In this document: piece after piece, positions 13,505-23,985 of the stretch | Layout: every line of letters begins with the position of its first letter | How positions within the stretch are numbered: the stretch's first letter is position 1 | Assembly (NCBI GenBank): GCA_004764695.1 | Contig: SMSO01000014.1 | Span: forward strand, 243,648 to 307,647 | Direction: 5' to 3' | DNA length: 64,000 bases | Origin: Schizochytrium sp. TIO01 | Taxonomy: Eukaryota; Protista; Bigyra: Labyrinthulomycetes | Notes under the pieces: generated by a model | Databases searched by the model: none | Seen by the model: the letters and a program-made list of their open reading frames with translations, nothing else | Told to the model about the DNA's origin: nothing | Made by a program: the position numbers and the translations under genes

Positions 13505-13895
13505 TGCTGAGATCTCCAATCGAAGGAACTAGTGGACAAGACATTGCTAGAGTTCTCGGCATCTCTATGTGAAACCCTCACATACAATGGGCTTACAATA
13601 GAGCAAGAGAAGGCAGCCAGATTCATGTGGCTGCCAGAGCTAAGAATCAAAATGTGACTACACATTACTTTTATCCAAGTATGGTGAAACTTGAACTGAT
13701 GATTCAAGAGGTTGAATTAACCTAGCCCCATTGATTATCTCTGACACCTTTCAAGAATGTCTCATCCTCCTTAATTACTAATTGAATCCATCTGTCCTGA
13801 AATTCATTCTCCAGGACAGCAGTTCGTTAACTTGTTAAAATTAAGCCTTCGTCTTGACAGTTAACCTCAAGCTGACCCGAATCATCTTTCAGCAA
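13505..13895 (+). repeat. Dispersed ~400-bp repeat, copy C (inverted relative to A and B)
   Basis: Reverse complement of A. Translates to LRSPIEGTSGQDIARVLG...MVKLELMIQEVELT*...LTVNLKLTRIIFQQ with stops and frameshifts. Confidence 0.85.
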
Positions 13896-15309
13896 GGGCT
13901 CAGGCAAGAAAATTGAGATATCCTTGGTTGGGCTTTCGAGCAAGAACAGGAATCATTTATGCACTACATATATCAGCGTTGATTTGCACGACAACATTCG
14001 GCATCAAGTAATCTATCAAATTGCCGCCATTTTTTAAATGTCTAAAAGCGGTACTTCATGATACGTTCGGAATCAAGTACACAAACTAGCTTCGAATTCC
14101 ACTTTAATTATGTGAGTTTGAAAGCATCCAGCAGTTCAAAATTTCAATGCAGAGCTTGTTTTCTTTTTAAATCGATCGTGTTACACTCATTGCGTGTGCT
14201 AATTGTTAAATTGAGTCTCTCTAAGCTATGATTTACAGGCCGCCCAAAAGTTTCAAACTGGATTTAGCAAGCCCCTCCCCTGTTGATGATAGATTTCCTC
14301 CACGAAGACAAAACCATTACACTTTGCAAGCTAAAGCTCTTGCTATAAATCTCCCACCACCCTCATACTTATTTTCATAATGTACTATCGACGTCTCAAA
14401 ATATTGTGTTTTCACTGTAGAGCCAGAGTATAATAAGATTCGATGAGAGTACCTGGGACACATGCACCATTTTGTGCATATCATGGAGACTTGGAAAAGT
14501 TTTGCGCAACCGGCTAAGCTTGTAATTAATGTTAGAACAACTAAATTCTAAATTCTATCATCGCAAATCCAATTACTATTCGACTCGTAGCAATCAGAAA
14601 TGCACAACTCGAGAAATCTATACTTCAAATCTTTAAGTCCCTAAGCAACCTTCACATGGGAGAAGTACTTTGTTGGCCAAAAGGTTCGCAAAGACTTGAG
14701 CAAGGAGGCGAAATATGAAAATATTTTACGTTTTTGAATCAGAGCTCCCAATTAATTAGGTTAGAGATCTGAGTACTTGTCTAGCTCTTGTGTCGAAATG
14801 GGTTAGTCGTCTATTGGATGCAAAGAAATGTCGTCACAGCGAGCGGGTAAATCTTGCTTTCAAAGTTTGGTTCTTAATATTCTGAACCTCTCTGTATGGT
14901 CGCAAAGGAGACCATTACGAGACACATCATGGCGAAAGGCTAAAGCTCCTGTTTCCCAATTTTTAATTTTATTTAATCGTGAATTCTCAGAGAAAGGTTC
15001 AAAACTACTAGATACACCGAAATGCCCAACTACGTTAAATGGAATGACCTGTACCTGTAGAGGCCAATATCAAGATGCACGTCGAGCTCTGTATGAGTGC
15101 AAAGCTATCTACAATATCACGGTGGCGGAAAGAAAGGGAAATAGTCTTTGTTTGTCCATGTGGTCAATTAAAACCAATTTTGCTGTTCAATTTGAGCTGG
15201 GTAAGAAGAACAGTTAATATTTTCTTTGTTCCCGAAGCCTCTCGAGTAGAACTCTGAAGACAGTATCAAACCCCCAACTCTCCTATACCACGGCAACACA
15301 GTCACCGGC

Positions 15310-16245
15310 ATGGGTGCCGAGAAAGATGAGTTAGCCAGCACTGGAGCTAGTGTCGACGCTTCTGAAGCCTCTTTACCTGCAGCAGAGCTGACGGATGTGG
15401 GGGAAGAAGATGGTGTTAATCTGGGCACCGATGCGGAGTCTTCCTCTGGAGTTGCTCCAAAGCTCGACAAGCTGGCAAAGGATACTCAAAACGAAACTCA
15501 GGACCTGTCTCAACATAAACCCCAAGACGAAACCCAAGACGATGAGAGATCTTCGATATTTGAGGTCCGTCTTCGACGCGCTGCCGAACTAAAAGAGCAA
15601 GGAAATGCTGCTTTCAAGGCGCAAGACTGGCAAAGCGCGTTGTCACTGTACGAGCGGGGACTGTATCATAGTGAGTTTGACGAGATGCAGTACAATTTTG
15701 AGCTTATGGATGAGCATCGAGCCCAAGTTGATGAAGCTCGCAATCCGCTTCAGCTCAATGCTGCGGCTTGTTGCCTTAAGCTCGAGGAACCTCGCCGTGC
15801 GGTGGACTTCTGTTCGGAGGTCCTAAAGGTGAGCCCAGATCATGCAAAGGCACTCTTTCGCCGTGGCCAGGCGCACCAGGCTCTCAAGGATTTTGAGAAA
15901 GCTAAAGCAGACCTAGTAAAGGCGGCAAAGGCTGCACCGCAGGATAAACTTGTTCGGAAAACTCTCAATGAAGTCCTTTCGAACCTCAAGTCCGAAGATG
16001 AGGCCTCGCGCAAGCTCTGGGCCTCCAAGATGCAACAGCAGATGCAGTCCTCCCCAAAACAGAGCGATGAGGACACACATGTTCACGAGAGTGAAAGCAT
16101 AGACGGTTCTGAGGGCAGTTCTTCCCGAAACATCTTTCAGGCAGCCCCATCAGCAGACTCTCGTGGCATGTGTAGACGCTACGTGTACAACTTTCTTGAT
16201 TGGCTTGGCCTCCTACCACACGAAACGCCCCTTAAGAACGACTGA
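15310..16245 (+). CDS. TPR-domain protein of the FKBP51/Cyp40 co-chaperone type (three TPRs, no PPIase domain)
   Basis: 311 aa. LKEQGNAAFK, LNAAACCLKL and KALFRRGQA carry the K/N/N/K/R carboxylate-clamp residues of Hsp70/Hsp90-binding TPRs. Acidic N-terminus. Confidence 0.9.
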   Translation: MGAEKDELASTGASVDASEASLPAAELTDVGEEDGVNLGTDAESSSGVAPKLDKLAKDTQNETQDLSQHKPQDETQDDERSSIFEVRLRRAAELKEQGNAAFKAQDWQSALSLYERGLYHSEFDEMQYNFELMDEHRAQVDEARNPLQLNAAACCLKLEEPRRAVDFCSEVLKVSPDHAKALFRRGQAHQALKDFEKAKADLVKAAKAAPQDKLVRKTLNEVLSNLKSEDEASRKLWASKMQQQMQSSPKQSDEDTHVHESESIDGSEGSSSRNIFQAAPSADSRGMCRRYVYNFLDWLGLLPHETPLKND

Positions 16246-18280
16246 TTTCGTTGAGAAGGACCCAAACTATATTGCGATTGATAGGCATAGGAAGTAAATT
16301 ACTTTGGCGGTTACACTTCTTTTGTCTACTATAGACGCGCAACAATTTGTGAGACCGTGCGCTTACGCTACTTCAACACTATACAACACAACTATGCACT
16401 GAGCGGCTCATGTACACTTGCATAATGAAAGTCAAGCTTGGCGGTCTCTCACTCTATTATGTGGAATGTTTTTCAATTATAAGTCTCTTCATTAAGATAA
16501 TGTTTTTCCATGCGGAACTCACGTTAATCCGTTCTCCTCGCATTTTCCTATGACAACCTTAGCTTTCAGCAAAATACCAATAAAAGGCACACGCCCATTT
16601 CCGTCTCGATCACCCTGAATTCTTAGGTTCCAAACTTCAAAATACTACAAAGATCCAGTAAAAACTATTACTCAGAATCCCTTGAATGCTTTCACTGCAT
16701 TGAGCTATTTTTTTGGTTCCAGTTGACGCCGAGCGCAACGGACCCAGCCCTAAATGTATAAAACATCAATACTAGCAGGCCACATTTCTTGAATACATTT
16801 TCTTCTCGTGTTGCTACCATGGTGTAGTACTTATACTGGTGTATGCCAGTATCTTGATCGTAGCATATAGTCGGCACTCATGATCAGAGAGAGTGCTAAG
16901 CTGCTCTTTTTATTAAAGTTCCCTGATCCCGTTGTTGTAATGAGCGGGCGAGCACAATTGCGGCCAAGGTTGAGCGAGTGAGTAAGAAAAAACCGAATTA
17001 ATGAGGGAAATCCCTCGCTGCGCCATACTAGGGTGTGCGGGTCTCAAGTTCGGGCAACTACTACTCCACCCCAAGCCTTTGATTGTGCAACTTTAGCCCC
17101 TCCCCCAAAGAGCCCCTGGACGCTTGGACAAGTTGCCAAGCGTCAAGCCAGCTTTTTGGCCCAGAGCACCCACCAGAAGGCACAGCACAGAGGCGTCAAT
17201 TGACTGAATAAAGAATCAAGGTTCATGGACCCCCACTTCAGACATCATCATTATCATCATCCGCGTGGCTCTATTCGCTATACACAATCAAAGAATCGAC
17301 TAGCAGCAAACAATTCGAGGCAAAAGTACGTAGCACTCTCTTTAGTTTCACTCGCGAACGCATGCAAGTGAGCGAGCGAGCTAAGATTCTGTGTCTGTGT
17401 GTGCAATTAAATAAGCTTCAGAATCATCCGTGCTGCAATTTCGTCTGTGGTCATCGTCCTCCTCCCCAACCATATTATGCCATTCATACTACGATAATCA
17501 TGCTATAAGTCCTGAGGATATTCAGGCAGACCCCCTTCGCTTTCATGGCGCACGCCAACTTCGGCAGTCGTCACAAACGAACCAGTAACCAAGACACACA
17601 CGCGCGCGCTTGAGTTATAGGCATTTACCTTCTACGATCATTTCCCTCATTCGCTAATAGAAAAGGTGCCTCCTATTAGGCTATGCTATTCTGTTTCTAC
17701 GCAGAACTCTTTCTTCATCATCGTTAACCGAGGCTACCTAGAAGAACTTCCATCTGCTGCTTGTCAGGCTTCTTCTTCTACTTCCTGCCAACCTACTACT
17801 AGAGTAGTACAGATCAAAGAACCCAGACCTCAATCGAGCCGCTCCAAACAACTTTCTCTTCTTCAAGTTTGCAGCAGACCTTTAACTGCTTCAATTGCTG
17901 CTCTGCCGCTGCTTCTGCAGCAAGTCCGGTGATTTGCTCTTCACGAAGCACTCGCTAGTTTAGTGTAGGAAGGATTCCTGACTTCTCCTGCAAACCCATA
18001 CAATATTGGCTGATTCGCTCTGATCAATTGCATTATCGCAAGTGCAGTGCCCTCTTCTGCTGCTCTTCTGCAGCACGACACGACACGAACAAACAAACCT
18101 TCTCTTTTCGTGATTGCAAGAAGCACTTAACTTGCAAGCTCACCATACCTTCATTCCTTTGTTTTTTCGCGCGTTGACCTAATCCATCGCTCTTTTCAAG
18201 TGTATTCTCCGCTGCACTTCTCACTCAACAGCATCCAAGCTCACAAGTTCATTTTCCTGCGCCGTTTCTAGCTCACTAAG

Positions 18281-18394
18281 GTTTGCTGTATTACACTCAT
18301 TCGCTCACGCTGATCAAATCGCATTACATTTCTCGGCACTTCATTTCATTTCACGGCATTCATTACACTTATTACATCGCATTTTTCACCACAG
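18281..18394 (+). other. Putative 5'UTR intron of the PAF-acetylhydrolase gene
   Basis: AAG|GTTTGC ... pyrimidine-rich ... CACCACAG|C, ending 22 nt before the ATG at 18417. Confidence 0.4.
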
Positions 18395-18416
18395 CAAGAG
18401 TTGATAGACAATCATT

Positions 18417-19736
18417 ATGGCGGACCTTGAAGCCCAGACTTCTCAGGAACAGGTTTCCAAATCCAGATCGAGTCGTCGGAGCTCGTCGAGCAGCGGCATC
18501 ACCGCGGCAGGCGACGGGCCTCCGGTTGTGAGCGTGGGGGGTTCTTCGCGGTTCTCACGAGCGAGCAAGCGCATCACCATGGGCAGCATCCTGAGCAGCG
18601 GTCTGGGCCTCCATGGCGCCATTCCGCCTGCCTTGGGGCCTCACCGCAACGTCGGAATTCTTCGTCTTCGCATTCCAGGATCTACATACGCTCAAATATT
18701 CTATCCTGCTCTGCCAGATGCGGAAAACACACACACGTGGCCAGAAGTAAAGTATTATCGCGAGGCAGCCGTGAAGGGTCTCGCAAACTTTGTAGAAGTG
18801 CCATACTCGCTCATGAGCAATTTGGTCAATGTCAAGCACCCGTTTCTGCTCAATGCTGAGATTGAGCCTTCCGAAGAACCATACCCTCTAGTAATGTTCT
18901 CGCATGGTCTTGGAGGCTCCGCAGAAATGTACTCCAAGGTTTGTATGGACATGGCCTCGCTTGGCTTCGTGGTTGTCGCGCTTGAGCACGAGGATGGCAC
19001 CGCGAGTTACTCCCAACCTGAAAATCTTAGTTCGCCACTCCCGTACACAGGAGCTCCCAAAGGCTTCCCTTATGAGCGGGACGGAGTCATCAACTTTCGC
19101 CGACCTTTTTTGGATCACCGCATGGCCGAGGTAAGCACTGCGCTTGAGTTTATGCGCAACGGGTCTGTAGAAGAGGCCAAAATGCAGCCTCTTTGCGAGC
19201 AGGAGCGTCTGCAGGATGTTTTTGATATGATGAACAAAGACGAGTTCTGGCTTTCTGGACACTCGTTTGGTGGTACCTCCACGACTTACGCAAGCTGCCA
19301 GCCTTGGGCAGTGGCCGCCAAGGGTATTATCCTCTTTGATGTCTGGCCGTTTCCCATTCCGAAAGATATTGTCAAACATGGCTTTGTGCAGCCCGTGCTT
19401 TCAATTGTGTCCGAAGAGTTCTACCACGGCAAGGAGATTGACATCACGCTTGACCTCCTTGAACACTCTAGCTCACCGCACACCTATAGCTTTTACATTC
19501 CAGGCACAAGACACCAGCAATTTTCGGACTTTGCCTTTGCCATGCGTGGATTAATGTTCCGCGTCGCAAAGGTTGCCGGCTCTCAGCCCCCTGAAAAGTC
19601 TCAGGCGGCCATATTTGCTGCTTTGCAGGGCTTCATGACTGCCGACTTTGAAGATGATTCTGAGGATGCGCGCCACTGGGCTAAGGATGCGGTCTTCGAA
19701 ACTGTCCTTAAAAACGCCGCTCAAAACTTGCTGTAA
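18417..19736 (+). CDS. Platelet-activating-factor acetylhydrolase family (PAF-AH II / Lp-PLA2-like alpha/beta hydrolase)
   Basis: 439 aa. IFYP, PLVMFSHGLGG, ASLGFVVVALEHEDGTA, nucleophile GHSFGG, acid FDVW, histidine HQQFSDF. Confidence 0.93.
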   Translation: MADLEAQTSQEQVSKSRSSRRSSSSSGITAAGDGPPVVSVGGSSRFSRASKRITMGSILSSGLGLHGAIPPALGPHRNVGILRLRIPGSTYAQIFYPALPDAENTHTWPEVKYYREAAVKGLANFVEVPYSLMSNLVNVKHPFLLNAEIEPSEEPYPLVMFSHGLGGSAEMYSKVCMDMASLGFVVVALEHEDGTASYSQPENLSSPLPYTGAPKGFPYERDGVINFRRPFLDHRMAEVSTALEFMRNGSVEEAKMQPLCEQERLQDVFDMMNKDEFWLSGHSFGGTSTTYASCQPWAVAAKGIILFDVWPFPIPKDIVKHGFVQPVLSIVSEEFYHGKEIDITLDLLEHSSSPHTYSFYIPGTRHQQFSDFAFAMRGLMFRVAKVAGSQPPEKSQAAIFAALQGFMTADFEDDSEDARHWAKDAVFETVLKNAAQNLL

Positions 19737-20019
19737 ATTGACCATAATAAACCTCAACACTCAACACGGAATCCAAAGCCTACTTCTACACCTTTTAGTG
19801 GGTAGAAATTCTAACTATTAGAGCGCACTAGTCGTTTCTTTGGGTGCATTCCTACACAAATAAGCAGACTTTGTCAAAAATATTGACAAGTCACTCTCTA
19901 TTGGTATACGTGAATAAATGAACAAGATCGAAGAATGCGTAGAGCCTGCCTTTCTGCGTTAGTTACTTCAAGTCAACCTTTTGGAGCATTTTCAGAATGC
20001 CTTTTACCATGCTTCAGTC

Positions 20020-20142
20020 TTTTCAAATTAAATTTGATCATGATGTTAGTTTCTCTTTCATTCTCCTCTCTTTTACTGTATTTTCAAATTAAATTTGATC
20101 ATGATGTTAGTTTCTCTTTTCATTCTCCTCTCTTTTACTGTA
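20020..20142. repeat. Tandem duplication of a 61/62-bp unit
   Basis: TTTTCAAATTAAATTTGATCATGATGTTAGTTTCTCTTT(T)CATTCTCCTCTCTTTTACTGTA occurs twice, differing by one T. Confidence 0.9.
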
Positions 20143-20665
20143 AAGTTTTGTCGTTTGCGATACTTACTCCTGCAATCTCATCCTATCTATCAAATATAGA
20201 GTTCTCAGTTGCACAGTTATTCTCATTTCCCATGGCGGATCTATAATCCTTTTCGATTTAAGACAGTTGAGCAATCCGACGAAGAGTTCTTAAACTCTTT
20301 TTCGAGTCAGTGTTGATTTTGAGTTCCCACAAATACTCGAAACCATTGGCTTCGACGAGAGATTTGCTAATTGAGAAATGCTAAAGTGCTTGTTATGTTT
20401 GACCTATAAGATTTACCTAAGCTAAACTATACCCTGCCGCCCCCGCGAAGAATAAATGCAAACATGCTTGCTAATTCACAAATCAGGAACTCTTTCGGGA
20501 CTCTGACGCTCTTCAAGCGAAAGCGAAACCAGAGCTTGCATACAGAGTGCCGGTGGACGCTTTAGCTCGGAAGCGTATGCAAGCGGTCAAATCTAGTTAG
20601 TTCTCTCTCGACCTTGCTGCTGCACGGACTGCATCTCTTGGTCGTGAGCTCCACCACTCATCAAG

Positions 20666-22123
20666 ATGTCTCTGGCGGTTCTTCTGCACGACGAGGCTGT
20701 GGCGTATGCGATCAAAGATTCACGGGTTGTGCTTGCGAACCCAAAGACCAAACACCCTTACTCAACACGCCCTTACCATGAAAACAAGTTTGGCGTCCTG
20801 CACGCAATTGTGAAAAGGCGCGTTGGAAGCCAATTCATTCTTGAAGATGATGAATTAAACCCAGGAGGCATTTCAATTCCTCTACTCTTACGGTATACCC
20901 ATCATATCGTGCTTATTGATGCGATGCGAAATGCATATGGAAACTGGTCATGGGACCGAAAGAATGCGCGATGCTTTGAGATGAGCGAGGAGAAAATTTT
21001 GGATTTGCGATGGGGCCACTTTTTCCCAGAAAGTCACATAGCTCTCACAGACAATGCTAACCTTCTCGTTAATCCATTGCCTCCAAGCGTTGGTGAGAGA
21101 TTTTCTAATCACCCCCTGGCAACTCAGGTTTATCAAGTTTCCTCTCCTGAAGATAAAACTAAAACAAAGCCTATACTCGCATGCTTTGACTACCACCCAC
21201 GAGTGTTTACGATTGCAACCCATGACATCCTCTACACTTATGATACACGTGCAAACACAGGTACAGGTTGGATCTCTGATAAATTTGCAAATGACCCCAT
21301 TTGTGTTCTAGAAAAATGCACCACTCCCACACACGGACTGATTTCTGTGCATGAGGACACGGTGAGGTTATGGGACGCACGCAAGGCCAATATGCCTATA
21401 TCATCTCTTGAGCATCTCATGGCTGGCGTTCCTTTGGGCTGTGATGTAAATAAACGAACTCTTGTAGCCTGGACACATCAACATGGAGACATCATAGCCT
21501 GTGAACTTCGCGCGCCTTACTCACTTCCAACGTTTTTCGAATTTTGTTCATCTGCTAAAGCTCGTGCACTGAAAGCGGCGAGTCGAGCAGATGCAGAAGC
21601 CGAAAGCTCCAAAGAGGACAACAATCAAGAGAGCAAACAAAATAATGGCGAAGATAAAAAGAATAAAAAGAATAAAAAGGATAAGACTAGTAAGAGCAGC
21701 GGTAGCGATGACAGCAATAGTGGTGAAGACAGCAGTAATCAAGACAGTAGTAGCAGCGATGATGACGATAGCAGTGATTCATCTGATAATGATTCAATTG
21801 CGTCGGGGTCATCTGGAATGCAGTCTGCAGCAGAGGCCGCCGATACGTCGCTTCAACCAAACTCACAACGCTTTGCAGTTCTTGAAAAATATCTTGATCC
21901 TGATGATGCAACAAGATCTTTTTTATTCCGTCGCTATGTGGGTAAAAAGCGAATGTTGCAGGTGAAGTCTCGCCACCCCACCATTGGAGGCTATTTGACA
22001 CCTCGAGGACGATTGATGACTATGGATGTCTACGGTGAACGAAACAAGTTTAAGATGAATGTGGATATTACTCAACATAAAATTGAGCAGCACCAGCTGA
22101 AGCAAGTTCCTGATGACCTTTAA
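20666..22123 (+). CDS. WD40/beta-propeller protein, TAF1C/Rrn6-like (possible Pol I core-factor subunit)
   Basis: 485-aa uninterrupted ORF. FDYHPRVFTIA...YDTR and VRLWDARKANMPISSLEH resemble, from memory, TAF1C segments FTAHPRVL...LDT and LVDERLPLVPMLKWNH. Lys/Ser/Asp low-complexity insert. The ORF is solid; the family call is tentative. Confidence 0.75.
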   Translation: MSLAVLLHDEAVAYAIKDSRVVLANPKTKHPYSTRPYHENKFGVLHAIVKRRVGSQFILEDDELNPGGISIPLLLRYTHHIVLIDAMRNAYGNWSWDRKNARCFEMSEEKILDLRWGHFFPESHIALTDNANLLVNPLPPSVGERFSNHPLATQVYQVSSPEDKTKTKPILACFDYHPRVFTIATHDILYTYDTRANTGTGWISDKFANDPICVLEKCTTPTHGLISVHEDTVRLWDARKANMPISSLEHLMAGVPLGCDVNKRTLVAWTHQHGDIIACELRAPYSLPTFFEFCSSAKARALKAASRADAEAESSKEDNNQESKQNNGEDKKNKKNKKDKTSKSSGSDDSNSGEDSSNQDSSSSDDDDSSDSSDNDSIASGSSGMQSAAEAADTSLQPNSQRFAVLEKYLDPDDATRSFLFRRYVGKKRMLQVKSRHPTIGGYLTPRGRLMTMDVYGERNKFKMNVDITQHKIEQHQLKQVPDDL

Positions 22124-23127
22124 AAAGACCATGTATTAAAGCATTTTACTGTTCGTGTTTCTCTCCTTTTGTTATTTCTATTTGCTTTCTCCACCCAGCC
22201 TTTTTTGTGTTGAACAATATAGATTACAAAGCACAAAATTAGCTTGTTCGTGAATTTCTCCGTTCATTATGATTTTTTGTTCTCTTTAAATCAGGGAGTC
22301 CTAAGAAAAAAAACATAACGTGTGACGCAGATACCTAAAATAACGGTCTTCATTTGTGCTGTTTCCGAAAACAGAAAGAATTGAAAAGTTTCTGAGGCAA
22401 GGACACAGCGCAACAACACACACAAAACACTTAATGAGAGAAAAAACATCATGGTAAACAAGGCACATTTGCTTATGTTGTAGTATTAAAATTGTTCGTC
22501 AGCATGAATGGATGTAACAAGATTGTTGGGTATGAAAAAAAAAAAATAAACGAGGGAGGGAGGGAGAGGGTACGAAAATATACGCGCGTCATCGCAGTTC
22601 TGTGGTGTTTACGAGAGACGTCGATACAACGTAAGATAAAGCGACAAAAAGGGACCCAACAATGTACTAGAACTATTGAGGCGTTGTGTCACAAGATATA
22701 AGAAAACAAAGAGGCACTGCATCGACGAGGCAAGCAAAGGGCAACTCAACGTTAGAAAGTTGATTGAACTCAGACCACGAACTACTGTGGCGACTTCCAT
22801 AAATGGAATACAGAAACAGGAGCAACAGCTTAGCAGACGGTTGAGATACTTGATTCTGTTGCACAGCCTAGCTGCTCGACTGCGTTCCTTTGCTCTAGTC
22901 TTGCGAGGAGGTGGTCACTTGGCCCCGGAAAACCACAACATTGGACAGGGATGACTAAAATCCCAAGATAAAAGAAGCTACAAGTACCTCCGTGATCTCA
23001 ATAGCAACAGTACGGTTCTAGAAAGAAAAATGAGTGCGAGAGACAAGGACAGACTAAACAATGGCGAGCTTGCGATCGTGTGGGGTCGTCTTTGTTAAAG
23101 TACTCAAGTGCAGTATGAGATCGGGGC

Positions 23128-23985
23128 TTATGCGTCCTTAGTCCGGTGTCCGTCACGGTAGACCTTAAAGGTTCCAAGAATCTGGTCCCAAATCATAGTG
23201 TTCTGTGCGTAGTTGCACTGTGGAAAACGGTGATGCATCTCGTGGGCACGGACAGAATAGCCGAGACCCAGGGGACCGAATTGAACGTCGTACTCAGTGT
23301 GGTTGAGGAAGGCCATAACGGCGTAGATTATGATGAAGATGGCAACTCCGACAGCATGGGCACCAGTCGGAAGACGTGCCGCCATTTGGAAGGACGCAAT
23401 GACGAGCGCCAAGCCGATGAACTGCTCCAAAGGGTGCTCGTTTGCAGCATCAAAGTAGCCTCGTGTGGGCATGGACTGACGATGGTGGTGCTTGTGGCAC
23501 AGGGCATACACAGAGGGGTGGTGCATAAAGCGGTGAGCAAAGTAGTACATGAAGTCGTCCAGCAAGAACACAATGTAGGTAAAGCCAAGAGTGTTGCCGA
23601 GTGTCACCTTAGTCAAATCGCGGGAGACGAGGCTCTCATCCTCAAAAAGCGCAAAGGCTCCAAAGTACATCATGCCGATGCCCTCCATGATTTGGTTAAT
23701 GAATAAAAACAGGTAGTCTTTGAACACCAATTCTTCAAGACCCTTGGCAATTGGCTCCGGTTCACGGGACGGGAGCTTGCTGACGCGGAACAGCTTACAG
23801 AACCCGAGCACAATAGGGTCCAACACTGTCACGCCGATAGCCTTGAGAACAACAAAGGCAATCCACACGTGCATCTCCAGGCCTAGAGGGTTCCATGCCG
23901 TCCTCTCTACTGAGTCCAGAGTGCCGTACGCCATCTCCAGCGCCTCGGTGGTGTTAAAGTTCATCATCAGCCCGCTCGCGTTCAT
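23128..23985 (-). CDS. Fatty-acid hydroxylase / sterol desaturase superfamily (ERG3/ERG25-like) membrane di-iron enzyme
   Basis: 285 aa with several TM segments. His boxes YYFAHRFMH, HKHHH, HPLE, NH and HEMHH, then NY...WDQILGT. Confidence 0.93.
   Translation of the reverse strand: MNASGLMMNFNTTEALEMAYGTLDSVERTAWNPLGLEMHVWIAFVVLKAIGVTVLDPIVLGFCKLFRVSKLPSREPEPIAKGLEELVFKDYLFLFINQIMEGIGMMYFGAFALFEDESLVSRDLTKVTLGNTLGFTYIVFLLDDFMYYFAHRFMHHPSVYALCHKHHHRQSMPTRGYFDAANEHPLEQFIGLALVIASFQMAARLPTGAHAVGVAIFIIIYAVMAFLNHTEYDVQFGPLGLGYSVRAHEMHHRFPQCNYAQNTMIWDQILGTFKVYRDGHRTKDA

Noticed and set aside
17119-17144. 9-bp hairpin GACGCTTGG/CCAAGCGTC
   Set aside because: Single occurrence with no supporting context; plausible by chance in 64 kb.
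19997-20012. GCCTTTTAC, the U5 snRNA loop 1 motif (also at ~33646)
   Set aside because: No convincing U5 stem or Sm site surrounds either copy; a 9-mer match is plausible by chance.
23146-23706. 186-aa plus-strand ORF
   Set aside because: Antisense shadow of the desaturase CDS.
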